Shown in pieces: positions 26,098 to 39,395 of a stretch of DNA of 64,000 nucleotides. The stretch is from the NCBI GenBank assembly GCA_038087875.1, contig CM075993.1, positions 12,154,001 to 12,218,000 on the forward strand, written 5' to 3'. The notes beneath the pieces were generated by a model. It did not search any database. It was not told the origin of the DNA and saw only the letters and a program-made list of their open reading frames with translations. Position 1 is the stretch's first letter. Each line of letters starts with the position of its first letter. This DNA is from Malacoraja senta (lineage: Eukaryota). The position numbers were made by a program, and so were the translations under genes.

Positions 26098-26559
26098 ACT
26101 TTGTGCAGCTATTCACCTCTAGAAGATCATCTCTCAGGCTCCTGCGCTCCTAGCCTGCCCAACCTCTCCCTACAGCTCAGACCCTCGAGTCCTGGCAACA
26201 TCCTCGTAAATCTTTTCTGCACCCTTTCCAACTTAATGACATCTTTCCTACAGCAGTGAACAAAACTGAACACAATATTCCAAATGAGGCCTCACTAATA
26301 TCTTGTACAAATGTAACAACATGTTCCAACTTCTACCCTGACTGATGAAGCCTTGCATGCCAAAGCTTTCTTTACCACTCTATCTACCTGTTATTGAAAA
26401 TGGGGGGGATATCACCAGGCTTTAGACACTGAAATGTGGATATATTCCACAAAGAATACAATCTAGGATTATAGTGGGGAGCTGCCAAAAGAGAATTTCA
26501 TATAAATATTTATCCATTTTCCCTACATTTTGAAATATAAATATTTTAACATTCAACTT

Positions 26560-26850
26560 TTAGATTTAGATTTGAGAGGAACAGGCCCTTTGGTTCACCG
26601 AGTCCATGCCAACCAGCAATCGGCGTACACTAGCACTATCCTCCACACGGGGGAATTTTACTGAGGCCAATTAGCCTACAAACTGGCACGTCTTTGGAAT
26701 GTAGGAGGAAACCAGAGCAACCGGTGAAAACCCACGTGGTCGCAGGCTGAACATACAATCTCCGTGCAGACAGGACCTGTAGGTAAGATTGAACCCGGAT
26801 CTCTTGCGCTGTGAGGCAGCAACTCTACCACTGCGCCACCGTGCCACCGC
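26560..26850 (-). mobile_element. V-SINE (HE1-like)
   Basis: Reverse complement ggcacggtggcgcagtggtagagttgctgcctcacagc.. with core and tail. Confidence 0.85.
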
Positions 26851-27134
26851 AAACCGTTCAGAAACTGGACACTGCACCTCATTTAAAGAAGAATGCACTT
26901 AACACTAAGTGCAAGCTAAGAAGCAAAGATATGTTGAACAAGAGGTGGGGGTGAGGGGGTGAGTGAAGGCTGATTCTGGCTGGTATTTCGTGAAGAAGTA
27001 GTTGCACCTTTAAATGAGTGTGTGATGGAACAGAGCAACACAGGAACAGGCCTTTTGGCCCACAATATCTGTGCCCAGCATGATCCATATCCCTGCATAT
27101 CGATGTGCCTAACCAAAAGCATCTGAAGTGCCAT

Positions 27135-27334
27135 NNNNNNNNNNNNNNNNNNNNNNNNNNNNNNNNNNNNNNNNNNNNNNNNNNNNNNNNNNNNNNNNNN
27201 NNNNNNNNNNNNNNNNNNNNNNNNNNNNNNNNNNNNNNNNNNNNNNNNNNNNNNNNNNNNNNNNNNNNNNNNNNNNNNNNNNNNNNNNNNNNNNNNNNNN
27301 NNNNNNNNNNNNNNNNNNNNNNNNNNNNNNNNNN
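27135..27334. other. Assembly gap (200 N)
   Basis: Run of N. Confidence 1.
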
Positions 27335-27386
27335 CGCCCCCACCTCATCTCCCCTCCACCCCCCGCTCCCTTTCCCCAGTCCTCAC

Positions 27387-27517
27387 CAGCTCCCGGTTCT
27401 GCCGCTCGTCTCCACATCCCGCTGCAGCCTGTTCGCTTTCTCCTCCGCCACATCTGCCTGGTCCTGCAGGCTCCTGATCTTCCTCCTGACCGCATCCACC
27501 GGCATGGCGTTGGCCAT
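27387..27517 (-). CDS. TPM1: Alpha-tropomyosin exon 1b (first coding exon of the short, low-molecular-weight isoforms), with an apparent 1-nt deletion
   Basis: MANAMPVDAVRRKIRSLQDQADVAEEKANRLQRDVET.. resembles vertebrate TPM1 exon 1b (AVRRKIRSLQ.QAD). GT donor (GTGAGG) at 27386-27385. Length is 131 nt; adding one base restores ..ETERQNREL, 44 codons. Confidence 0.88.
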
Positions 27518-27720
27518 GCCCCTCCCTCCCTCGCTCCCGCTCCCGCTCCCGCTCCTGCTCCTGCTCCCGACCCCTGCTCTCGGCACCGGCACCGCCACCC
27601 ACCCGCACTCGGGACAACCTTCAGCAGGTTCCCAGCTCGGGCCTCCCCGCTGCACAGGCACTCCCGCCGGAAGTCACCCGGCGTTAACCTGCACTGTTTA
27701 ACCCTCTGCCGGCCGCGAGA
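27518..27720 (-). promoter_or_regulatory. CpG-rich 5' UTR and internal promoter region of exon 1b
   Basis: GC/CpG-rich, repeat-free segment upstream of the 1b ATG. It contains (GGGAGC)n repeats, an ETS-like CCGGAAGT and a TAAACA motif. Confidence 0.6.
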
Positions 27721-30009
27721 AGGAGGGAGGGAAGGAAAGAGAGAGAGATGGAGGGAAGGAAAGAGTGAGGGAGCGAGGAGGGAAGGATGGGAGAGAGGGT
27801 GGAAGGGGGTGAGGAAGGGAGGGGAAGAGGAAGGAGGGGGCGAGGGAAGAAGGGAGGAGGCGAGGGAAGATGGATGGTACCATGAAGGAGGGAGAAAAAG
27901 GAGAGCTGAGAGAGATGGAGGCAAATGAGAGAGGGAGGGAGGGGCAAGGAGTGTTGTGTCATTCTGGTCTCCACATCATGGGAGGGATGAGATTGGAGAG
28001 GGTGCAGAGGAGATTCAGCTGGGTGTTGCCAGGAAGGAGTATCTCGGTTATCTCTCGGAGGGAGGAACGGCTGGGTTCGATTTCCTTGGAGCGGACATAG
28101 TTGAGGGTAGATGGTAGACAAAAATGCTGGAGAAACTCAGCGGGTGAGGTACTCCAGCATCTATGGAGCGAAGGGAAATAGGCAACGTTTCGGGTCGAAA
28201 CCCTTCTTCAGACTTTCCAGCATCCGCAGTTTCTTCTTAAACATAGTTGATGGCGGTCCTAATTCAGATGCAAAGTTAAGGGGTCCAGAGAGGTAGATGG
28301 TAAGAAACATTTCCCCAGAAGGCCAGACGTTTAGGGGAATGTGTAAGGGGTTTGGATGGGATCTGAGGAGGATTTTTCCCCAGAACATGGTTGGAATCTG
28401 GAGATCACTGTGGTGAGAGTCGTAGAGGCAGATATTAGCACAAGATTTAAGAAATATCCAGGCAAAACAGAACTGCCAAGATATGGAGGTCCATGGAGCA
28501 TTGGTTTGGATGTGGGTTGGTACGGAAGGGGGATGGAGTGATGAGGGGAGAGAGATAGAGTGTTGGAGTGGGGAGAAAGAGAGATGGCGAGATGTGGGGT
28601 AGGGTGGGGAGAGAGGGATTGGGGGAGGGAAGAAGGTGAGGGGGGGTGGGCGATGGAATGGGGAGAGAGGAAGGAGATGCAGTGGGGATGGAGGGAGGGA
28701 ATGGAGTAGGGTGGGTGGGAGGGAGGGCAGAAGACCCTGTTTCTTATACAACCCCATGACCAAGAGCTGGGCTGGAGAGGACTTGTGCAGAATGTGTGCA
28801 TGCCATCCTCTGATTTATCATCGTCCATTAAAAAAAAATGTCACTTTACAACCACACCTTAGAACCTAGTACAGACTTCTTCCCACTCCATGGTCAATGG
28901 ATCTTCTAGCCTCACAAAACTATCCATAATTACTGCTGATAAAATAACCCATGTTCAGTTCTGATAATTGGTGGTGAAGAAATTATCTAAGGTTACAACA
29001 GGATACAAGAACTGGATCAACATGACAAGCAGTCCGGAATGGCAGCTGGAATTTAACTAGGATAGGCGGCATATGTTGCATCTTAGTGACTTAAACTAGG
29101 ATAGGAATTACAGTGGTATATAGTTCCCTGAGGGTGGCGACACAGACAGAGAGGTAAATGTGTTTGCTTCATTGGCTGCGATACTGAGTATGTGACTCCT
29201 GTATTGTTCAGGGGGCAGAGGGTTGCTTTCCATTGTAATGTGAAGCCACATCACCTGCAAAGGTGAGTTGAAAAAATGATTTCTGGTTCTTCTTTACTTT
29301 TAGCTAGGTTTAGAGATACAGCGCAGAAACAGGCCCTTCAGCCCATCGAGACTGCGTCGACCAGCGATCCCTGTACACCAGCACTACTCTACATACTGGG
29401 GACAATTTAAAAATGTACGAAAGCAAATTAACATACAATCCTGTACGTCTGTGGAACATAGGACTGTTTTCAATCTATTGTACCTTTGTCAGCACCAGAT
29501 ACATGACAACGCTTGTGTCCGATCTAGGTGTGGTCTGCTGCATGATTTTAACAAAACATTTCACTGTACATGTGACAATAAAATATTGTTAAATTGAATT
29601 GGATCACCCATCAGGTCGCTGGGGGGTGGGGGGGGGAATAATAGGGGACTACAAATCCACATGGACATGGGAGGAAACCAGAGCACCCGGGGAAACCCAC
29701 CACACCTGGTGAACATGAAAACTCCACACTCACAGACAGCAGCAGAGGTCAGGACTGAACCAGATCACTGGAGCCGTCAGACAGCGGATCCACCAGTTCA
29801 GGCCTCAGCTGCTCTCCCCTTCCGAGGGATGTTTAGAGAGTCTGCAACAACTAAATCAAAATTATATGGATAGGACAGGTTTAGAGGATATGGGCCAAAT
29901 GCAAGCAGGTGAGAAAGTGTGGATGGACATGTTGGCTGGTGTGGGCAAGTTGGGCCGAAGGGCCTCTTTACTCGCTGTAATATTCTGTGAGTATGATTCT
30001 AAAAGTTGC

Positions 30010-30200
30010 AGGGCTGCATGGTGGTGCAGAGGGTAGAGCTGCTGCCTCACAGTGCCAGAGACCAGGGTTTGATTCTGACCATGGTGGAGTGGTGTTTGCA
30101 CGTTCTCCCTGTGACCGTGTGGGGGTTTTTCCAGGTGCTCCGGTTTCCTCCCACCTCCTAAAGACGTGCGAGTTGGCTCTGTAAATTGTCCCTAGTGTTC
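30010..30200 (+). mobile_element. V-SINE, 3'-truncated
   Basis: Head and V-domain core. Confidence 0.75.
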
Positions 30201-30204
30201 GGCC

Positions 30205-30590
30205 TCAGAGGACAGACTGTGACCTCTGCCCAAGGACCTCAGTGGTCAGACTCACCTCTCTGTGCCAAAGCCCAGAGTCAGATTGTAACTGGGGAGGGTG
30301 ACCTCTGTTCAGGAGCACCAGAGGTCAGACTGTGACCCCTGTCCATGGATCCCAGAGGTCACGCCATGACTATGCATCGGCACCATGGGTCACCGTACTG
30401 TCAACTCAGTCCAGGAGCTGTGACATCTGTTCCAGTTTGTAGGGGTCAAACCATGATCTCTGTCCAGAGTGCAAGGGTCAAACCATGACCTCTGTCCAGG
30501 GGTCAGATGGTGCCCATCAGCACCATGGGTCATGCTGTGACCTCTGTCCAGGAGCATCAATGGTCAGACCATGACCTCTGTCCAGGTGAG
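30205..30590 (+). repeat. Degenerate minisatellite, unit about 30-35 bp (ggtcagaccatgacctctgtccagg...)
   Basis: Roughly ten imperfect recurrences of GGTCA..TGACCTCTGTCC. Confidence 0.75.
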
Positions 30591-32033
30591 ACCACCCTGG
30601 CCCACCCACTGGGCAGTGTGGGACAGCCAGACCTACCCCTGAGCAGAATGGGCAATGCTTGTGGCCAGTGGAGAGCTGTCCAACCCCAGGCTTGTCTCAC
30701 TGTGTGGGTGGGGGAGGGGGGGGTGGGAGTGCTCACAGGGCGGCAGGGTGGTCGGCGAGCTGCTGGTCAGCTTGTGTTGGGCAGCTTATCATTGATAAAA
30801 AACTATTCGTGTGGGAAAGTCCCCAGTACTAACTAGATTTTGGAGCAGGAACAGGCCTTCAGCCCACAATGTCCACAGCGAACATGATGCCAAGCTAACT
30901 AATCTCCTGTGTCTGCACCTGATCCATATTCCGCCATTCCCTGCATATTCATGTACCTGTCTCATATACCTCTTCATCGCCACTGTCCTACCTACCTTCA
31001 CCAGAGCAGTGCATTCCAAGCACACCACGCTCTGTGTAAAAAACTTGCACTACACAACTTTTTTTTAAAGTTTCCCCTCTCACTTTAATGTTCTGCCGTC
31101 GAGTGTTGGCCGTTTCCACCCTGGGGTATCTGACCATCTACCCAATATCTGCCTCACATCGCTTCAATCAGGTCTCCCCTCAACCCCGCCGCTCCAGAGA
31201 ATCAATCCATGTTTGTCCAAACTCTCCTTGGAGCGAATTCCCTCCAATCCAGGCGACATTCTTGTAACCGTTTAACGGTGTGTGTTTGCACTACAGACCC
31301 CACGGTGCCCACTCTCAGTGACAGCGTGTGGCCGGGAGCGGGGCCCAGAGAGCTGCAAACTGAATTATTTGGAATTTTCTCTGAAAACATTGAAACCAAG
31401 TATTGCCTCAGGGATTGTCCCTCTATCTGGGGGGGCGCAGATTCACTCTCCCTGGATACAGATTCACTCTCCCCCGGAAAAGATTCACTCTCCCCTGGGA
31501 CACGGGATCTCTCTCCCCCTGGGACACGGATTGTGTCAGTGTGGCCGGTCAGGATGTGAACGCTGTCGCAGCCAGGCAGGGGCCGGGGAGCGGGGCAGGG
31601 GGCGCGGTGCCCGGGTGCGGAGCTGGCCGGGCCTGGGTGTAAAGACCCTGGCAGTTAGCGGGGATTTACACCGAGCGGGCTGGGAGCCGTGCCTAGCCCG
31701 AGGCGGTCCCCCTCATCCCTGTGTCCAGCGCGGACTCCACTTGCTCCGGATGCCAAGGACGTAAGCGGTGAGCCGAATACTCCACATACTTTTCCTTTTA
31801 AGGAGTGTGAACGGCAACGTGATCTTCCGCTCACATTGCACGCCGATGGCCCTGGGGGGGACACGCCCGTGGGGGGTGGGGACGCCAGTGTCCCGGGGGT
31901 GGGGTGGGGGACGCCTCTGTCCCACATCAGTCCCTCCCCTGGGTCGCCAGCCAGAGGCTTGTCAAACATGGGGCAACCTTGTCCCACAACCGGGCAACGA
32001 GTTCTCACCTCTGCCGCGAAAGACACAATTAGC

Positions 32034-32126
32034 CCAGCGCCTTATAAAGCGCTGGCTCTATAATTACACCGCCTCTCTCTCGCTGTTTACTCTGCCCGTT
32101 TTTAACCCTTGCGCGGTTATTTTTAG
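32034..32126. promoter_or_regulatory. Candidate intronic muscle enhancer motif cluster
   Basis: CArG-like CCTTATAAAG 32040-32049, forkhead TGTTTAC 32084-32090, MEF2 consensus CTAAAAATAA (minus strand) 32117-32126. Confidence 0.5.
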
Positions 32127-32273
32127 GCTCCGGCGGGGGGCATTGGAGGTGGGTGTAAGGAGATTCTTCAGGCAAGGGAGGGGAGGTGAGAGAAGATGTG
32201 ACGGCGCTGCCCATGCAGAGTGAGTGAGTGTGAGAGAGTGAGGGTGTGTGTGGCTGCAAGCGGGGGGGTCTCA

Positions 32274-32719
<446 letters not shown>

Positions 32720-33121
32720 CTACACACAATCAATCGTGCACAGATTAAAAGCGCGTTGGTCACACGCTCCCTGGTTACCGTTAGTCCCCGGAGTTTGGAG
32801 ACAGTTTTAACATCGTTCCATCCCATCCCAATGTAGTGAATCGCAACTTACAGATAAAGTAACCCGCCAGAACCTGCTTCAACCTGACAGTAACACGGCT
32901 CCACTGATTCTAAACCCAACACTCTTCCATTTCAACAGTCTACGCGTTCACTTTTGCCCCATATAACATTAACGGGGCTGCGGACCTCTGGACACCGCGC
33001 TCCGGACAATCCTACACCCCAGAACCCGCACCGCGGACAAGTCCACACCCCTGGATTCTGCGCTTCGGACAGTCTAGACCCCGGACCCCGCGTTACCGAT
33101 ACCCAGACCCGGACCCCGCTA

Positions 33122-33640
<519 letters not shown>

Positions 33641-33749
33641 GTCAACTCCACCCACCCACCCACCCACCGGGACAGACACGGGAGACTCTCGGGCAGGAGG
33701 ACGCGCAATCTGCCTTGGGCAACGTGAATAGGGAGTCTGCCATCACACA

Positions 33750-33980
33750 GACTGGGATGAGGAAAAACGTTTTCACCAGAGACGTGTGAATCTGTGGAAT
33801 TCTCTGCCCAGAGGTCGGTTTTCTGGATGCTTTCAAGAGAGAGCTAGATAGGGCTCTTAAAGATAGCGGAGTCAGGGGATATGGGGAGAAGGCAGGAACG
33901 GGGTACTGATTGGGGATGATCACATTGAATGGCGGTGCTGGCTCGAAGGGCCTGGGCACTCCTGCACCGATTGTCTATGT
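33750..33980 (+). mobile_element. CR1 3' fragment immediately upstream of the promoter
   Basis: gatgaggaaaaac..gtgaatctgtggaattctctgcc..ggagaaggcaggaacggggtactga. Confidence 0.85.
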
Positions 33981-34050
33981 TGCCATGTTTCACACATCCC
34001 GGCAGCGGCCACGGAGTGGGACATCGCTCTCTTAGTTTAGTTTAGACAGA

Positions 34051-34350
34051 TAGACACAGAAAAGCTGGAGTAACTCAGCGGGTCTGGAGAGAAGGAATGG
34101 GTAACGTTTTGGGTCGAGACCCTTCTTCAGACACAGATTCAGGGGCTGAGTTACTCCAGCAATTTGTGTCTACCTTCGGTTTAAACCAGCATCTGCAGTT
34201 CCTTCCTACACATACTTAGTTTCGTTTAGGAAGGAATTGCAGATGCTGGTTTAAACCGAAGACACATAATGTTGGAGTAACTCAGCGGGACAGGCGGCAT
34301 CTCTGGAGAGAAGGAATGGGTGACGTTTCGGGTCGAGACCCTTCTTCAGA
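34051..34350. mobile_element. Cluster of Penelope terminal-repeat fragments in alternating orientation
   Basis: Three pieces of the gctggagtaactcagcggg..gaaggaatgggtgacgtttcgggtcgagacccttcttcag unit. Intact hammerhead-like core on the minus strand at 34322-34349. Confidence 0.8.
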
Positions 34351-35547
34351 TTAGGGACAATTTACAATTATACCAAGCCAATTAATCTACAACCCGACAC
34401 GTCTTTGGAGTGTGGGGGGAAACTGGAGCACCCGAGCACTACGCATGTCACGGAGAGAAGGTGCAAACTCCGCACAGACAGCATCCGTAGGCAGGATGGA
34501 GCACGGGTGTCTGCCGCTGTGAGGCAGCAACTCTACCGCTGCGCTATCCTGCCCACTGTTACCGGGTAGAAAGCACTGGGTCTCCCCCACAGACAGGGGC
34601 TGAGGGTCGGACACAAAAAGCTGGAGCGATTCAGCGGGCCAGGCAGCATATGTGGAGGGAATGGTAGCCGGAGTTTAGTGAAGGAAAGGGAGTCAGACAG
34701 GGAGAGGAGTCAGGAGTCCGGGCACTGGGCATTGGGCACAGACACAGGGACTCTCACAGAAACTGGGGCAGGGGATGGGAAAGCGGAGTTAGGAAAGGGT
34801 GACGCCATCCATTTCCCCAGAAGAACAGGAAAGCATATATTGCAATAGCAGGAGTTTGAAGAACGTTGATATTCGGAGGGAAATGTTCCTCGGGCAGGAA
34901 CCTTGAATCCGTCGGCAGGTCCGTGAAGGGGATCAATGTATGTTGGAGTTGATCTGAGGGACGGTCCCACCCCGAAAGGGTCACCTATCCATGTTCTAGC
35001 TGCGTTACTCCAGCAAAGAAAGACGCAGATTGCTGGAGTAACTCAGTGGGTTAGGCAGCATCTCTGGAGGTGATGTTTCGGGTCGAGACCCTTCATCAGA
35101 CTAGAGTTACTCAGTCATGGACATGGCGGGGAGGTACAGGACCTTTGACTGGTTGTGAGTGGGCCAGGCACCGTCTGTGGAGGACATGGGGAGGCGGCGT
35201 CTTGGGGCGCGACCCTCGGGTGGCGCTGGATGCCTCCTTCTCTTCCATTTCTTGTGCTCTCATCACATAAACTGGGGTAGGGATGGGTCATCTCCAAGTC
35301 GGGTCAATAATAAATTGCTTTCCAATAAAAAAGATAGAATTTCTTAATGCATTAGTAAACTTGTCTCCAAATGTGGAATGGGACTTGACTTACCTTAAGT
35401 CAAGTGATCTTAATTATCTAAACGATCTATACATGGAGGGAGGGAGAGAGGGGGGATGATGGATGTGGGGAGCCCCTCGTTAAGGCAAGAGCTCGGGAAA
35501 GATAGAAACAGTACCAGGAGAGCACTTGGAATCCCAGCAACCAATCT

Positions 35548-36045
35548 GATGTGCTGGCGTTGGAGAGGGTCCTGAGGAAATTTACTAGAATGATCGCAGA
35601 GATGATTGGGTTAACATATGATGAGCGTTTGATGGCACTGGGCCTCTACTCGCTAGAGTTTAGAAAGATAAGAGGGAACCTCATTGAAACTTACAGAATC
35701 GTGAAAGGCCTGGATAGAGTGGATGTGGAGAGGATGTTTCCACTCACGGGAGAGTCTCGGATCAGAGGCCATAGCCCCAGAATAAAAGGATGGTCCTTTA
35801 GGAAGGAGATGAAGAGGAATTTCTTTAGTCAGAGGGTGGTGAATTTGTGGAATAAATTGTCACAGACGGCTGTGGATATTTTTAAGGCAGAGATTGATAG
35901 ATTCTTGATTAGTACGGGTGTCAGTGGTTATAGGGAGAAGGCAGGAAAATGGGGTTGAGATGGAAAGATAGATCAGCTATGATCAAATGGCGGAGTAGAC
36001 TTGATGGGCCGAATGGCCTAATTCTGCTCCTAGAACTTATGAACA
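35548..36045 (+). mobile_element. CR1 LINE 3' end
   Basis: ORF 35551..35958, CR1 ORF2 C-terminus. Confidence 0.9.
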
Positions 36046-36579
36046 TGAGTTGGGTCAGAAAACATGCAGCAGGATGGAACACTGAAGGAAGGATCAGCAG
36101 CAACCTGCACCTGGGCTGGGAACCAGGGCTGGGATATGGAGCTTCCCAATGGACAGGGCCAGGCTGTGGGCAGAGGACAGACAGGCCGGATGGGGAGGGG
36201 CAGTCTCTCAGCAAAAAGGACACCGTTAGAGGCACTGGAGGGTGGGCAGTGGGTGAGGAATGAGGACCGGCTTCAGAAGAAACTCCCAGCACCACAGTGC
36301 TCCAGGGCTGGTCATGAGGTCCTCCTCACAGGGAATTCTAAAGGACCCGCGTGAAGGAGATACTCCTCATCTCAGCACTAAACGGCACACACATACTTAG
36401 AAAATATTTTTAAAAAATTAAACTTTAAAACAACTGCAGATGCTGGAAATCTGAAATAAATGCAGAAAATGCCAGGTAAACCTAGAAGATCAGGCAGCAT
36501 CTGTGGAGAGAGAAACAGTTAATGTTTCAGGTCTGGGATCGTTCATCGGAACTGAGCAAGAGAGGGACAAGAATCAACC

Positions 36580-36915
36580 TCCTCCACCCATTGCTTGCCA
36601 TCCTTACCCCCCTCCACAACACTGCCTCCCCTACCCTCTCCATCCTCCTCCCCCACCCAGCCCCATCTACCCTCTCATCCCCACCCACCAATCTCACCCA
36701 GACCCCACCCTCCCCCCAACCCTCCTGCCCCACCCCACTCTGCCCTTATCCCACCCACCCGTCCTGCCCCACCCCATCCTGCCACACCCTACTCTGCCCC
36801 TACTCCCACCCTCCCCCACCTCCCTGACCTGCCCCACCCCACCCTGCCACACCCTACTCTGCCCCTACTCCCACCCTCCCCCACCTCCCGACCTGCCCAC
36901 CCTCATGCCTCCTCC
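36580..36915 (+). repeat. C-rich low-complexity tract with an internal duplication
   Basis: (ccccaccc)-type repeats; gccacaccctactctgcccctactcccaccctcccccacctccc occurs twice. Confidence 0.85.
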
Positions 36916-37909
36916 GCTTAATATTGACGTTCTAGGATTTCACCATCTCCCGTGCTGAATTCCCCAGTTACAATATCAGCTTCAGTCATGAAATCGGATG
37001 CCATGTAGTCACTTAAGGTGCAAAAAGGGAAGGTCAAAGCAGAGGTGGAACTGCAAAAGTGGTTGAGATGTGCTTTACTGCTGTAATGAATGAGGATACT
37101 CTTGGAAGGTGCAGGTGGAGCATAAAGAAGGGTCTCGACCCGAAACATCACCCATTCCTTCTCTCCAGAGATGCTGCCTGTCCCGCTGAGTTGCTCCAGC
37201 ATTTTGTGTCTGTTTCTATGGCTTGTGGACATGAAAATTAACAACTCTATTCTGTTAGCTTCATTTGTTACTAGTATTGCAGACTTTTAAAAGAAGACCC
37301 AGGGCCCTGTGCATGTCACTGCTCTGTGATCTCTCACATATTAAATAACGGGCTTGCTCTTGGCAAAATGAACGACCTCACATTTCCCTAGATTATATTC
37401 CATTGCTAGATTGTTGCCCGCCCACTTAACCCACCTCCTATAGTCCTCACAAATCCTCTCTACAACTCACTCTCCTATCTATCAGCAACCAATTAAACAA
37501 CCATACCTTCACCAAACCATCGATATAAATTCTAAAATGCTGAGGCCAGGTAACAATTTCCATAGAATGAGTTACATTTGTTAACCAGTAAATGACCCAT
37601 TCACACCAAGTAAAAGACAAAGGGTTGGAGGAACTCGACGGGTCAGGCAGCATTTGTGGAGAGAAATGAACACTCAATGTTTTGGGTCAGGACTCTTCAA
37701 TGGTTCGATCGTGCGTTTCTTGGCACACGTGCACATGCACAGTGGAATTATTTTCTCACATACAGTCCAGTACAGTATTCCCATACCCAAGCACATCCTC
37801 GATTAGCACATTTACAGAAATAGTCTACTGAGCCCACATGCAAGAGGTGCCATGTTTTCGTGCCATTTTATGACATATTTTTCTGACTTGATATGAATGG
37901 GCTCTGACC

Positions 37910-38330
37910 CCATCGGCTCTGACCTCCCTTCCATCGAGGGGATCTATCGCAGTCGCTGCCTCAAAAATGCTGGCAGTATCATCAAGGACCCACACCATCC
38001 TGGCCACACACTCATCTCCCTGCTAGCTTCAGGTAGAAGGTACAGGAGCCTGAAGACTGCAACGACCAGGTTCAGGAATAGCTACTTCCCCACAGCCATC
38101 AGGCTATTAAACTTGGCTCGGACAAAATTCTGAACTTTTTAATAGCCAATTATCTGTTATTTGCACTTTATCAGTTTATTTATTCATGTGTGTATATATT
38201 TATATAATGGTATATGGACACACTGATCTGTTTTGTAGTCAATGCCTACTATGTTCTGTTGTGCTGAAGCAAAGCAAGAATTTCATTGTCCTATCAGGGA
38301 CACATGACAATAAAGTCTTGAACTGGAATG
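37910..38330 (+). mobile_element. Rex1/Babar-type LINE 3' end
   Basis: DLPSIEGIYRSRCLKNAGSIIKDPHHPGH..SGRRYRSLKTATTRFRNSYFPTAIRLLN, then 3' UTR, hairpin 38287-38302 and AATAAA. Confidence 0.85.
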
Positions 38331-39087
38331 GGTCTTTGCAGTTTGTACTGTTCTACTTGGAATAGGTCGATCAGTTGAATATCTATGAATACCCATCAGT
38401 TTGTTTTTGCTCCAGCATCCAGCAGCCTCTTGTGTCTCCACGTACACAAAGTGTTTCTTCCCTGATCTGTACATTACCTCTCCTACCACCACGCTTACTT
38501 TGCACAATGCCCCTTGATGCATCACCATGTCAAATCCCTGTGGAAAACCTGCATTACTCCGGATCATCCAACTTATTCCATCGTTACGTCAACTCTATCA
38601 GAACAATCTTCCACCATCATCCAGCTTTATCTGTGATGTTCAAGAATTATTGCAGTTTTATCCAAAGTGACCTGAAATTATGAGACGTGACTCCTGAATT
38701 AGAGTCCGAAGGTGTAGCAGCACAGAACCAGGCCCTTCAGCCCATTGTGTCAATGCTGACCGTCAGCACCCTATCCCACTTACCAGCACTTGGTCTGTAA
38801 CTCACTGTGCTTTGATCTTTCAAGTGCTTGTCCCAGCTTAAACATTGTGAGCATTTCTGCCTCCACCATTGTTCCAGATTGCTGTCACTCTCTGGGTGAC
38901 AGAATTCTTCCTCAGATCCTTCCAAATCTCTCACTCCTCACATTAAACCTATTCCCTCTGGTTTTAGACAGCTCTGCCATGGGCGTTATCTTCCTGTCTA
39001 CTGTTTCGTACAATTCTAACATGTCTCTCTCTTTCTCTGCTCCAAGGAAAACATACCCAGCCCGTCCAGTCTCTCCCTAGAACTATG

Positions 39088-39395
39088 ATGACACAGTGGC
39101 GCAGGGGTAGAGTTGCTGCCTTACAGCCAGAGACCCAGGTTCAATCCTGACTTCGGGTGCTGAATGTCTGGAGTTTGTATGTTCTCCCTGTGACTGCATG
39201 GGTTTTCTCCGGGTGCTCCGGTTTCCTCCCATGCTCCAAAGACAAACAGGTTTGTAGGTTAATTGGCTTTGCATAATTGTAAATTGTCCCTGGTGTGTTG
39301 GATAATTCTAGTGCACAGGATGATCGTTAGTTGGCGTGGTCTCCGTGGGCCGAAGGGCCTGTTTCCACACTGTATCTCTAAACGTCTGAAGTGAA
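39088..39395 (+). mobile_element. V-SINE (HE1-like)
   Basis: Head, core and tail present. Further copies lie at about 16685-16965(-), 34352-34545(-), 40268-40565, 45445-45710, 50615-50910, 57355-57613, 58795-58975 and 62256-62630. Confidence 0.85.

Noticed and set aside
26879..27928. ORFs spanning N runs (also 62920-63487)
   Set aside because: They are artefacts of translating across assembly gaps.
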